Positions 38,191-47,237 of a stretch of 56,182 nucleotides of DNA are shown piece after piece. The DNA is from an uncultured Acidobacteriaceae bacterium (GTDB lineage Bacteria; Acidobacteriota; Terriglobia; Terriglobales; Acidobacteriaceae). The notes under the pieces were generated by a model that was given only the letters and a program-made list of their open reading frames with translations, did not search any database and was not told where the DNA came from. The number at the start of each line of letters is the position of its first letter. Position 1 is the first letter of the stretch. The DNA lies in NCBI GenBank assembly GCA_964248025.1, contig CAXTWU010000001.1:1-56182 (forward strand), given 5' to 3'. Both the position numbers and the translations under genes were made by a program.

Positions 38191-38638
38191 CTTTATGGCC
38201 GCAACCTTGCTCTGTCTCCTCGGGTGCGAGGGCCGGCCCGTGGAGACGCCCGACCAGCGCCTGCGACGGCAGGCCGCGGAGGACGCCGCGCAGGTCCATC
38301 ACGATATGAAGCAGGCCGGCAGGGAAGCCCGACAAGCCCTGTCTACCGCCGGGCGCGAGACCCGGGACATCGTGACTGGGGCACGGGAAGGCTGGCGAAA
38401 CGGTGCGGCCAAGGACGGACCGCTGTTGGGAGCAAACACCGGGTCAGTGGGGAGCGGGGTCCTGGACCTGAATCACGCATCGGCGAGAGAGCTTGAGCGG
38501 CTGCCCGGCATCGATCGGAAAACGGCGGACAGGATCGTAGAGGGACAACCCTGGCGAGACCCCGCCGACCTTGAACGGCAAGGGCTGGTCTCCCGAGCTG
38601 AGTATCGCCGGATCGCGCCGAAGCTCAGGGCTCGCTGA
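38177..38638 (+). CDS. lipoprotein with C-terminal helix-hairpin-helix (ComEA-like) domain
   Basis: Lipobox-like LLGC; LDLNHAS..ELERLPGIDRKTADRIV. Confidence 0.78.
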   Translation: MRAASFMAATLLCLLGCEGRPVETPDQRLRRQAAEDAAQVHHDMKQAGREARQALSTAGRETRDIVTGAREGWRNGAAKDGPLLGANTGSVGSGVLDLNHASARELERLPGIDRKTADRIVEGQPWRDPADLERQGLVSRAEYRRIAPKLRAR

Positions 38639-38771
38639 CATAATTGCTGCAACTTCCGGCGGCAGCCCGCTATCCAACTGACACCTAGCTGCTCGCCGGC
38701 TGCTATTTGCGCCGGGCTCTGCATTAGAATGGGTAAGAACAAGAGTTTCGTCGACCCAAGGAGATACCTAC

Positions 38772-39146
38772 ATGGCGACTGCAACAGAGATACCGGCAGC
38801 CACAGAGTTCAAAACCCCGACCGCGGTGACATTGACGCCTGCCGCCGCCGGCAAGGTACGAGAGATCATGGCGACCCAGGACCCGCTTCCGGCCGGCCTC
38901 CGTATTGGCGTGGTGGGCGGAGGCTGCTCCGGTTTTCAATACTCCATGTCGTTTGAGAACCAGGCCGGCATGATGGACAAGGTGCTCCAATTTGATGGAA
39001 TGAAGGTGTTCGTCGACGCGACCTCGATGATGTACCTGAATGGCTGCGTGGTGGACTACGTGGAAACACTGGAAGCGGCTGGTTTCAAGTTCGAAAACCC
39101 GGCGGTGAAGAGCACCTGCGGCTGCGGTTCATCGTTCAGCGTGTAA
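38772..39146 (+). CDS. A-type iron-sulfur carrier (HesB/IscA/ErpA family)
   Basis: GGGCSGFQY and ENP..STCGCGSSF. Confidence 0.95.
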   Translation: MATATEIPAATEFKTPTAVTLTPAAAGKVREIMATQDPLPAGLRIGVVGGGCSGFQYSMSFENQAGMMDKVLQFDGMKVFVDATSMMYLNGCVVDYVETLEAAGFKFENPAVKSTCGCGSSFSV

Positions 39147-39164
39147 AGCTCGCGCTGCTTGAAT

Positions 39165-39192
39165 AAAGCCCGCCGGCATGGCGGGCTTTTTT
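39165..39192 (+). terminator. rho-independent terminator, probably bidirectional
   Basis: AAAGCCCGCC-GGCAT-GGCGGGCTTTTTT between convergent genes. Confidence 0.85.
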
Positions 39193-39207
39193 GATGTCGG
39201 GAGAAGC

Positions 39208-40722
39208 CTATTGCGGAGAGCCGAAGCCACCCGGAAACGGATTGCTGCCGCCGCCCGAGCTGCCCGAACCGCTGCCGCCGAAGCCACCCCCCGAGCTGCC
39301 GCCAGCGCCACTGCCACCGGAGCCGCTGCCCCATCCCGACCCGGAGCCGCCACCGAAGCCGCCGTTCGGGACACCGCCGAAACCCGTGCCGGAATTGCCA
39401 AGGCCGCCGGAGATGCTGCTCCCGTTCACCCCGCTGACAGAACCGCTGCCCGCATTCATCAGATTTGCAGACTGTGTCTGCTCCTCGACGGTGTCGTAGA
39501 CGAACTCCCATCGGTTGTACTTACCCTGCATGCGGTAAGCAATGCCAGAGGCCTTCTCCATCGGCAGCCGGACGCCGACGATGGGCGCGTTGCCTCCAAG
39601 GGTTGTGCTTTGCCCAGCGCCCAGTCCGGTCAGCCCGCTGCCGCCGGTCAGGCCTCCCGCGGCGCCCGCGCCACCAGATCCGGAACTCCCGGCACTCGAG
39701 CCAAAGCCGGAGCCCCCAGCATTCGAGCTGAATCCGGAGCCTCCGGCGTTTGAGCCGAAAGCGGAGCCCGCTGCATTCGAGCCAAGTCCGGAACTCCCGG
39801 CATTCGAGCCGAATCCGGAGCCCCCTGCATTTGGGCCAAATCCGGAGCCCGCGCCAAAGCCGGTGCCTTGTGCGTTGCCGGCAAAGCCGCTCGTGCTCCC
39901 ACTTGTACTATTTCCGGCGGCTAAGCCATTCGCTCCGCCGATCGGGCTGGTGCCGGGCAGCGTGTCGACCGCATAGATCACGCTGCCGCCCAGCGAACCA
40001 CCGAGCCCACCGGAGGTGGCTCCCATCAGGCCGGCACCGTTTCCGAAGCCTGAGCCCGTGCTGCCTCCAAATCCGGTCCCCGCGTTGCTTCCAAACCCGC
40101 TCGCTGTCCCAGAGGATGTCCCTCCGCCAAAGCCTGAACCGCTCCCATAGCCGGCGTTCGTGCCCCCTCCGTTGCTGCCTGTCGAACCAGAGCTGGAACC
40201 GCCGCCTGAAGTGCTGCCCGAGCCGCTTCCCATCCCGCTTCCGGAACTGCTTCCCATCCCGCCTCCGAAGTTGCTCGAATCGGTCGCCGCCGCGCTGACC
40301 GAGGTCGCTCCGGAGAGAGTGGAAGCAGCGGCCCCCAGCGGCTTGCCGAAAAAGCCCAGCGGGTGCACGTGTGCCTCGCCCACCTGGTGGATCAGCTTCC
40401 AGTCATCCTTGCCGGTCAAAGGATCCAGATACCGCCGGCGCAGAAAGCGGATCTCGTTGGTCTTGACGAGCTGGTCGATGGAGGCCGGGTAGCGGCCGAA
40501 CTTTTTGTAGTACAGCCGGATGGCACGCTTGTACTGTTCACCCCGGTGCACCGCTTCCATTTCTCGGTCGCGCTGGATAGAGGCCGCGATGCGTGGGGCG
40601 GCCAGCCCCAGCGAAAGCGTGACCAATGCGACAAAAAAGATCACGGCGACCAGGACATAGCCGTCCTCTTGCTCGGAAGCGCGCGAGCGACTGGTCGGGC
40701 GATGAACTGGGATGCGTGGCAT
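39208..40722 (-). CDS. GspK/PilX-like pseudopilin with large Gly/Ser-rich repeat insert
   Basis: Prepilin-like EQEDG-YVLVAVIFF (no Glu5), AIRLYYKKFGRYP, FLRRRYLDP and YNRWEFVYD; last gene of the pil operon. Confidence 0.75.
   Translation of the reverse strand: MPRIPVHRPTSRSRASEQEDGYVLVAVIFFVALVTLSLGLAAPRIAASIQRDREMEAVHRGEQYKRAIRLYYKKFGRYPASIDQLVKTNEIRFLRRRYLDPLTGKDDWKLIHQVGEAHVHPLGFFGKPLGAAASTLSGATSVSAAATDSSNFGGGMGSSSGSGMGSGSGSTSGGGSSSGSTGSNGGGTNAGYGSGSGFGGGTSSGTASGFGSNAGTGFGGSTGSGFGNGAGLMGATSGGLGGSLGGSVIYAVDTLPGTSPIGGANGLAAGNSTSGSTSGFAGNAQGTGFGAGSGFGPNAGGSGFGSNAGSSGLGSNAAGSAFGSNAGGSGFSSNAGGSGFGSSAGSSGSGGAGAAGGLTGGSGLTGLGAGQSTTLGGNAPIVGVRLPMEKASGIAYRMQGKYNRWEFVYDTVEEQTQSANLMNAGSGSVSGVNGSSISGGLGNSGTGFGGVPNGGFGGGSGSGWGSGSGGSGAGGSSGGGFGGSGSGSSGGGSNPFPGGFGSPQ
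39680..39845 (-). repeat. tandem 27-nt (9-aa) coding repeat, about 6 copies of GFGSNAGGS-like units
   Basis: GFGPNAGGS GFGSNAGSS GLGSNAAGS AFGSNAGGS GFSSNAGGS GFGSSAGSS; boundaries approximate. Confidence 0.8.
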
Positions 40723-41363
40723 CAGTTCTGCACCAGCGGCAGGCTTTGCGTGTTGTGGTACGGCAGGTCTTCGACCTCGATCGAGGTCGGCGCGATGTGC
40801 ACGATGCGATAGCGATGGCCGACCACATCGCCTTCGGAGGCGACAAAGACTTCGTCACCGTGGCTTAAAAAGGCCCGCCGGGCGCCATTGGTCCGAGCCG
40901 CATAGCCGAAGAAGTGAAGATCGATCGCCGGCGGCGGTGGCGGACCAGGGTTGACCTGGACCCGTTGTGATGGTCGAACTGGTCCGCGGACAGGCTCAAT
41001 CCGTGCGGATGCCACGACCGGGCTGCCCGAACTTTGCGAGAAGATATTGCGTCCGGAACCCCGGTACAGGTAGGTTTCGGTTTCAGCCATCAACTCCGGA
41101 TGAAGCGACGGATCCAAGGCAGCCGACGCCGTGGTCGCAACAGGGACGCGAGAGGTGGAGAGCGGACGAGCGGCGGCCGGTGAGGCAACAACTGCTGCGG
41201 TGGCCGGGCGCGCCGCCACGGGTGGAGAAGGTGGGGCGGGGGCTGAGTCGGGGCCGCTGAAAATTGTGCGCAGGGCCATCACCAGCACCGCGAGCCCAAG
41301 CGCGGCTGCGAGCGCTACCTTCCTTTTGTCCTCGGTGCCTGCCCCTTTAAGCTGGACCATCAC
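40722..41363 (-). CDS. PilP/GspC-like pilus assembly protein
   Basis: Single TM, Pro-rich linker, RNIF and FFGYA..RRAFL..VFVASEGD; position after pilMNO. Confidence 0.55.
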   Translation of the reverse strand: MMVQLKGAGTEDKRKVALAAALGLAVLVMALRTIFSGPDSAPAPPSPPVAARPATAAVVASPAAARPLSTSRVPVATTASAALDPSLHPELMAETETYLYRGSGRNIFSQSSGSPVVASARIEPVRGPVRPSQRVQVNPGPPPPPAIDLHFFGYAARTNGARRAFLSHGDEVFVASEGDVVGHRYRIVHIAPTSIEVEDLPYHNTQSLPLVQN

Positions 41364-41983
41364 TCGGTCTCCCCGGCGCTTTCCGCGCCGTGGCTGCCGG
41401 CTGCGAGCGCGGCGGAACTGGCGGCATCGGCGCGCAGGTAGGTCGTCATCCGTAGGCGCAGGTTGACCACTCCACCTTGCTGGCCGGTGAGCGTGACGGA
41501 GCGGATGATGAAAAAGGAGTGGTTGCGGTCGCGCTCCAGGTCGTTGATGAAGCGCATCACAGAGGTGTACTCGCCCGCGACGTTGGCGTCGATCCGCAGT
41601 TCGATCAGGCCGGGGATGGCCGAAGCGATGGGGTAGCTGGCGCGGCTCAGACGCACGTGGTCGCGAGATGTCAGAGCCCCGAGTTCCGTCAGCACAGCAG
41701 ACTCGCTTGGCGGAATCCTCGCGGCAATAAACGCGTCAGCCGCGGTCCGCGAGCGTTGCAGCTGTACCGGCAGCGCCTGCAAACGGCTTGCCTGGGCCCG
41801 GAGCTGCGCGTAGGTCTGCAGGTCTGCGTCATACTGCGCGGTCTGGTCGCTGCGACCGTCGTGCCAGGCCACGATCAGCTTGGTCGCAAGCACAAGGTCA
41901 AAAAGCAGCAGCAGCCCTACCACAAGCAGGTAAGCGTTGAGCAGCGTCAGCCACTGGGAAGGGAAGCGTCTCCCGCGTATCAC
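41360..41983 (-). CDS. PilO/GspM-like protein
   Basis: TM plus coiled coil plus GEYTSVMRFINDLE ferredoxin-like segment; overlaps pilN. Confidence 0.7.
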   Translation of the reverse strand: MIRGRRFPSQWLTLLNAYLLVVGLLLLFDLVLATKLIVAWHDGRSDQTAQYDADLQTYAQLRAQASRLQALPVQLQRSRTAADAFIAARIPPSESAVLTELGALTSRDHVRLSRASYPIASAIPGLIELRIDANVAGEYTSVMRFINDLERDRNHSFFIIRSVTLTGQQGGVVNLRLRMTTYLRADAASSAALAAGSHGAESAGETE

Positions 41984-42804
41984 TGAGTGCCTCCGATGGG
42001 GGCGGGAATGGCCGGGAGTGGCCGTCCGTAAGGTCGCGCCGGGTGCGGGTTCTCGTCTGGATCTGGCTGCACAGCCTGCCGCGTGGGATTGGTGAGCTGC
42101 GCAGGCGCTGCCCGCCCCGTGTTTACGACCGGCCCTGGGACAACCACAGCCGCCTGGGCGCTTGCTGCTGCGTGCAGAACCGGTGTGTTGTCGTCATGCG
42201 TGTCCGGCAGTGGACGGTAGTCGGCAAGGATGTCGAAGCTTACATCCTCAGGTGAGCCGGGGGCCGATACCGTCTGCGTCCGCGCGCCGCTGTTCTGATT
42301 GGCCAGGGCTTCAGCGGCCAGGCGCGGCGCGACAAAATAGCGCGAGCGCTCGAGATTGTGAACGACTTCAACGGCTCGTTCGCGGGCTCCTGTGACCCGC
42401 ATCCGGATGGTGACGCGGCCATCGGGGGCGACGACCGGGTCGATCGCCTGGACCTGCACACCAGGGGGCAGTGTGCTTTCAAGGTCGCTCATGGTGGCCG
42501 TCCAGGAGAAGGACTTGCGGCGGAAAAGATCGTTCAAAAACGCAGCCTGGGCGATGACGTCGCTGTTGGGTCCGTTGAGGGCCAGTGCTCGGGCGCTTGC
42601 CTGCTGACGTCGCAGCAGGGCAATGTCGGACTCGAGCTGGTTGACCCGGGCCTCCGCCAGACGAGCCTTGGCCTGCGCGGTGTGCAGCACCAGCAGCATA
42701 GGCAGCGCGAGCACAGCCAGCAGTGCGGCCGCGACACGCAGGCGTGCGTACACCGAGCGCAGCTCGATGTAAGGGCGTGTAGCGAGATTGAGGCTGATAT
42801 TCAT
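41980..42804 (-). CDS. pilN: PilN-domain protein
   Basis: N-terminal ISLNLATRP (INL-type PilM-binding motif), TM, and W...MSDLE..LP.GV. Confidence 0.75.
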   Translation of the reverse strand: MNISLNLATRPYIELRSVYARLRVAAALLAVLALPMLLVLHTAQAKARLAEARVNQLESDIALLRRQQASARALALNGPNSDVIAQAAFLNDLFRRKSFSWTATMSDLESTLPPGVQVQAIDPVVAPDGRVTIRMRVTGARERAVEVVHNLERSRYFVAPRLAAEALANQNSGARTQTVSAPGSPEDVSFDILADYRPLPDTHDDNTPVLHAAASAQAAVVVPGPVVNTGRAAPAQLTNPTRQAVQPDPDENPHPARPYGRPLPAIPAPIGGTQ

Positions 42805-42822
42805 GATTGAGCCGGCAGTGTT

Positions 42823-43833
42823 CTAAGCATTGAAAAGGGCTCCGGTGACCGGCGCCAACAACGACCGCGGGATGGAGCGGGAGGCGAGTTGAGGCGTGGG
42901 CCCGAGCTCGCGCACAGCGACTCGCGGTTCGCCAGGGGCGGTCTCGCCCAGGGCGGTGCGAAACTCCTCCGCGGTGCCGGGACCGATATAGAACAACTCG
43001 CTGGGCAGGGTTTGCAGCGAGTCTTCAAAGTAGGCGAGCGCGACCGAAACACTTTGCCGCACATCTTCCTGCTCTTCTTGGGCCCGTGCTTGCGCGCTGC
43101 GGGGCAGGCGTGCCGGTGCGTCCGGTGCTGCTGGGGCTTCGTCATTTGCGGCAAAGTCGAGCGCGCGATGGAGCAGAAGGTCCTGCCCGCGCACAATGGT
43201 GGTCGTCAGCGTGTGCCCGTTGCGGTTGACCAGCAGCGTCGGCTCTTCGCCGAGCAGCGGAGCGGCAGCCAGGGTGCTGGGCAATACCGCGCCGGGCAAA
43301 AACCCTGCTTCGCGCACGACCCCTTCATACTGGTGCAGCACTTCGCGCGGGATCGCCACAACAAGGACGCGGATGCCGTCCGGCCCCGTGCTCATGGTCT
43401 GCCAGGTTACTGCCGCGTCGTCCGCGTCGAATGGCACCAGCTTGCGCAGACGAAACCGCAGGATCGGCAGGGCCTCCGAGTGCTTTGCGGGCAGGGAATC
43501 AAAGTCCAGCAACAGCACGCGCGCGGCCGCGTCCGGCACGATCAGCGTCAGGGCGCGGTTGCCGGGCAGGCGCCTGCCGCCCGGCAGCTGCCGTCCACCC
43601 TCTGCTACCGCCCCCACAGCGGACCGCACAGCGGCGATCACCGCCGGGCGATCCAGGATGTTGGGCATCTTCCAGCCCGCATGGAGCAGCCCCGGGTCGA
43701 GCGGCACGAACTGTGTCAGCAAGCCCAGAGTCGCGTCCTGCCGCCCGGCAAGCACCCCGTAAAGCGAGATCTCACAGGCAAGGGCCGGCCGCAGATTGAT
43801 GCCCGGAAACAGGCGAGGCAGCTTTTCAATCAT
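42823..43833 (-). CDS. pilM: PilM-like protein
   Basis: Actin-like PilM features (LIVPD..ARV, RFRL...VPF, V.EAG); lies between pilB and pilN. Confidence 0.72.
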   Translation of the reverse strand: MIEKLPRLFPGINLRPALACEISLYGVLAGRQDATLGLLTQFVPLDPGLLHAGWKMPNILDRPAVIAAVRSAVGAVAEGGRQLPGGRRLPGNRALTLIVPDAAARVLLLDFDSLPAKHSEALPILRFRLRKLVPFDADDAAVTWQTMSTGPDGIRVLVVAIPREVLHQYEGVVREAGFLPGAVLPSTLAAAPLLGEEPTLLVNRNGHTLTTTIVRGQDLLLHRALDFAANDEAPAAPDAPARLPRSAQARAQEEQEDVRQSVSVALAYFEDSLQTLPSELFYIGPGTAEEFRTALGETAPGEPRVAVRELGPTPQLASRSIPRSLLAPVTGALFNA

Positions 43834-43866
43834 GGTGGGTACCGCCGAAGAGAGTGAAAAGAAGCA

Positions 43867-45495
43867 CTAGCGATTGGCCTCGATAAAGGTTACTTTGTTG
43901 ATCTCTTTGAGCGTGGTCAGGCCGCGTCGCACACGGTCGAGCGCCGACTCCCGCAGGAATTTCATGCCTTCCTGCGCGGCCAGTTTGCGGACCTCGGACG
44001 AGGGCCTCTTTTCAAGAATCATTTCACGGATGGGATCGGTCAGGTCCAGCAGTTCGTGAATGGCCGTGCGCCCGCGGTAGCCGGTGCCGCCGCACTCCAC
44101 GCAGCCGCGCCCGTCCTGGAAGGGAAAGCCGCGCCACTCGGCCGGTTCGAGCCCCGAAAACTCGAGCTCTTCATCCGTGCAGGTGATGGTGTAGCTGCAG
44201 TGCTCGCAAATCATCCGGACCAGCCGCTGCGCCAGAATGCAGTTGAGCGCGGACACGAAGTTGTACGCCTCGACCCCCATGTTCAGGAAGCGGCCGAGCA
44301 CGTCCACAACGTTGTTTGCGTGGACCGTCGTGAACACAAGGTGGCCGGTCAAGGCGGAGTTGATCGCGATCTGCGCGGTTTCCTGATCGCGGATTTCACC
44401 GACCAAGATTTTGTCCGGATCGTGACGCAGGATGGAACGGAGACCGCGCGCAAAGGTCAGGCCCTTTTTCTCGTTGACCGGAATCTGCGTGATGCCGCGG
44501 ATCTGGTACTCGACCGGGTCTTCGATGGTGATGATCTTGTCTTCGTCGGACTTGATTTCATTCAGCGCCGCGTACAGCGTTGTTGTCTTGCCGGAGCCCG
44601 TCGGCCCGGTCACGAGCACCATGCCATAAGGCTCGCGGATGTAGCGGCGGAACCGGCGCAGGTCGTCCTCGCCGAAGCCCACCACGTCAAGGGTCAACGA
44701 CTTGAATTTCTCGCTCATCGACTCCTTGTCGAGCACACGGAGCACAGCGTTTTCGCCGTGCACGGTCGGCATGATGGAGACGCGGAAGTCGATGAGGCGC
44801 CCCTTGTAGCGCACCCGGAAGCGACCGTCCTGCGGCACGCGACGCTCGGCGATGTCGAGCTCGCTCATGACCTTGATACGGGACAGGATGGTCTGGTGGT
44901 GCTCGCGCGCGATCGGCGCCATGGCCGGATGGAGCACGCCGTCGATGCGGTACTTCACAATCAGCTGGTCGTCGTAGGTTTCGATATGGACATCGGAGGC
45001 GCGCCGCTCGAGGGCCGTGAAGATGGTCGTATCGACGAGCCGGATGATGGGCGAGATATCTTCCTCGCTCGTCAGCTTCTCGATCGTGATCGACTCGTCA
45101 TCCTGGTCGTTGACCGAGATCACGTCAAAGGTCAGGCCCTCGGTCGCCTCGTCGAGCACACGCTGCGACTGCTCGGTTTTTTTCAGCAGTTCGTTGATCT
45201 GCGACAGCGTCGCGACACGCGTAACCAGCCGCTGACCCAGCAGGCTTGCGATCTCGTCCAGCACCATCAGGCGGCTCGGGTCGGCCACCGCGATGATCAG
45301 GCGATTTTCCAGCTGCTCGATGGGCACAAAGGAGTAGCGGAACATCATATCGACCGGCACCGAGCGAAACAGGTCGTGCTGGATGCGGAAATTTTTCAGA
45401 TCGACGAAATCGCAGCGGTAGCGGCGCGCGAGCGCCTGCGCGTGGGCGGCCTCGTCGAGTTCCAGCGGGAGCGGCAGTACGGGTGCTTCAGCCAT
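43867..45495 (-). CDS. pilB: GspE/PilB-family assembly ATPase
   Basis: ASDVHIE, RIDGVL, PQDGR, Walker A GPTGSGKTT, TIEDPVE, LRHDPD, GEIRD, TGHLVFTTVH and a Cys zinc motif. Confidence 0.93.
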   Translation of the reverse strand: MAEAPVLPLPLELDEAAHAQALARRYRCDFVDLKNFRIQHDLFRSVPVDMMFRYSFVPIEQLENRLIIAVADPSRLMVLDEIASLLGQRLVTRVATLSQINELLKKTEQSQRVLDEATEGLTFDVISVNDQDDESITIEKLTSEEDISPIIRLVDTTIFTALERRASDVHIETYDDQLIVKYRIDGVLHPAMAPIAREHHQTILSRIKVMSELDIAERRVPQDGRFRVRYKGRLIDFRVSIMPTVHGENAVLRVLDKESMSEKFKSLTLDVVGFGEDDLRRFRRYIREPYGMVLVTGPTGSGKTTTLYAALNEIKSDEDKIITIEDPVEYQIRGITQIPVNEKKGLTFARGLRSILRHDPDKILVGEIRDQETAQIAINSALTGHLVFTTVHANNVVDVLGRFLNMGVEAYNFVSALNCILAQRLVRMICEHCSYTITCTDEELEFSGLEPAEWRGFPFQDGRGCVECGGTGYRGRTAIHELLDLTDPIREMILEKRPSSEVRKLAAQEGMKFLRESALDRVRRGLTTLKEINKVTFIEANR

Positions 45496-45533
45496 GCGGA
45501 CTTTTCTCGTGTCTTACGTCAGGTGTGTTTTAT

Positions 45534-45848
45534 CTAGGGTCGCTGCGGCGGCGCGCCCAGTCGGCGTTCAACAGTCATCAGTCGCTCCTCAATCATTGCC
45601 AATCGCTCATCCAACATGCCGTCGCCAGCTTCGAGCTTACGCAGCCGCGCGTTGACCGGCACCGCCCATTGTTGAAACGCGGTCAGCAACCGGGTTTCAA
45701 TCGTTTCCATGCGATCCATAACACGGAACTCAAGCTCATTCATATCGGATTTGAGCTCAGTGCGTAGGTCCGCCATGTCGGATTTAAGCTCAATACGCAA
45801 GTTGGTTAAATCACCCTTGGTTGCTGGATCAGTGTTGTCGAGGGCCAT
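45534..45848 (-). CDS. small coiled-coil hypothetical protein (ATK.D-type, DUF1640-like)
   Basis: ATKGDL followed by 11-aa repeats (LRIELKSDMAD, LRTELKSDMNE); SD GAAGGAG upstream. Confidence 0.7.
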   Translation of the reverse strand: MALDNTDPATKGDLTNLRIELKSDMADLRTELKSDMNELEFRVMDRMETIETRLLTAFQQWAVPVNARLRKLEAGDGMLDERLAMIEERLMTVERRLGAPPQRP

Positions 45849-45884
45849 TGCGGAATCTCCTTCCCTATGTTCTCGGGCGTGCGT

Positions 45885-47093
45885 TTAATGCTGCTGAAAA
45901 TTGCTCGCATTGCCGAGCGAAAAGATCGGCAGATACAACGCGATCAGGATGATGACGACCACCACGCCCATCACGATCAGGATGGCAGGCTCGATCAAAG
46001 CGAGCGACGCAGTCAGCGCGGTCTGCACGTCTTCCTCGAAAAACTCGGCAACTGAGTTGAGCATCTGCGGCAGCGCCCCGGTGGACTCGCCGACCTCGAT
46101 CATCTCGGTGGAAAGAGCAGGGAAGACACCGGTTTTGTTGAGGCTCGTGGAGAGTCCCTTGCCCTCGCGCACGCTGGTGACTGAGGTGAACACGGAGCGT
46201 GAGATCCGCGACGAAGAGATGGAGCGCGCCGCGGTTTCAAGCGAGGGCACCAGCGGCAGACCGCCTGTGAGCAGCGTCGACAAGGTGCGGGCAAACAGGG
46301 CAACCTGGTACTTGAGCCAGATCGATCCGAACACCGGCATCTTGATCCGGATGGCGTCGATCGTGTCCGCGCCGCGCGGGGTTCGGCTCCAGCGAAACAG
46401 CAGGTAGCCGGCGATGAGCAGCACCGGCAGTACATAGAAAAAGTAGTGCTGCGCCGCCTTGCCGAAGGCCAGCAGGCCCAGCGTGAGTGCAGGTAGCTTG
46501 GTGCCCACCTGGTCGTAGAGGGTCGCGAACTGCGGGACTACAAACGTGATCAGAAATACAAACAGCCCAAAGACGAGCGAGATCAGCAGGGCCGGATAGA
46601 TAAGCGAGGCCTGCAGCTTTTTACGAAATGTGAGCGAGATGCGCTGAAAAGAAAGATAGCGACTCAGCACCTCTTCAAGGTTGCCCGAGCGCTCGCCGGC
46701 CAACAGGGTGACGGTGTATATCAATGGGAAGCCGCCCTGCGCCTCAAACGCGGCGGAGATAGACTCACCCTGCTTGACGCGCTCGGCGACGTTCTGGAGT
46801 TGTGCCGCAAAAGCAGGATTCTTCTGGCTTTTGGCCAGCATGTCGAGCGAGCCAAGAATCGGCAGTCCAGCGCGGACCAGCGTGAGGAACTGCTGATTAA
46901 AAACAAGAAACGTTTCGAGCTTGGCTTTGCGTTGGCCGCCGGCGCGGCCCATGCCGCCGCGTGGCTTGATGGACAGCACCTGGTAGCCGGCCTGCGTGTA
47001 GCGCAGGCGCAGTTCTTCGGCAGTCGCCGCAGATTGCGTCTGCTCCTGCATGCGCCCGCGCTCGTCGGCCATTTTGACCAGAAACTCTGCCAT
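45885..47093 (-). CDS. pilC: GspF/PilC inner-membrane platform protein
   Basis: LVRAGLPIL, AGERSGNL, ASLIYP, GESTGAL, EPAILI and ALYLPIF. Confidence 0.92.
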   Translation of the reverse strand: MAEFLVKMADERGRMQEQTQSAATAEELRLRYTQAGYQVLSIKPRGGMGRAGGQRKAKLETFLVFNQQFLTLVRAGLPILGSLDMLAKSQKNPAFAAQLQNVAERVKQGESISAAFEAQGGFPLIYTVTLLAGERSGNLEEVLSRYLSFQRISLTFRKKLQASLIYPALLISLVFGLFVFLITFVVPQFATLYDQVGTKLPALTLGLLAFGKAAQHYFFYVLPVLLIAGYLLFRWSRTPRGADTIDAIRIKMPVFGSIWLKYQVALFARTLSTLLTGGLPLVPSLETAARSISSSRISRSVFTSVTSVREGKGLSTSLNKTGVFPALSTEMIEVGESTGALPQMLNSVAEFFEEDVQTALTASLALIEPAILIVMGVVVVIILIALYLPIFSLGNASNFQQH

Positions 47094-47237
47094 GGCTGCC
47101 CGCTTTCGCGGTCTCTCCTTGCCTTGTCGTTACAAAACTGGATTGAGGTTAGGGTACCAGTTCAGGCCTGCGCCCGGCTTCTGCCGTATAGACGTACCAA
47201 CAGGCAAAGCGGTGCCGGGCGTTCTGTGTTTCGGAGA

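Noticed and set aside
39178-40492. Pro-rich plus-strand ORFs (PEPPAFEP repeats) and repeat periodicity suggestive of an array
   Set aside because: These are reverse-complement readings of the Gly-rich pseudopilin repeats; there are no unique spacers, so this is not CRISPR.
44056-45537. 493-aa ORF antisense to pilB, and similar long antisense ORFs opposite dxr, folD, pilM, gmhB and ribA
   Set aside because: These are shadow ORFs expected from GC-rich codon bias; they have no recognisable motifs and fully overlap well-supported genes.
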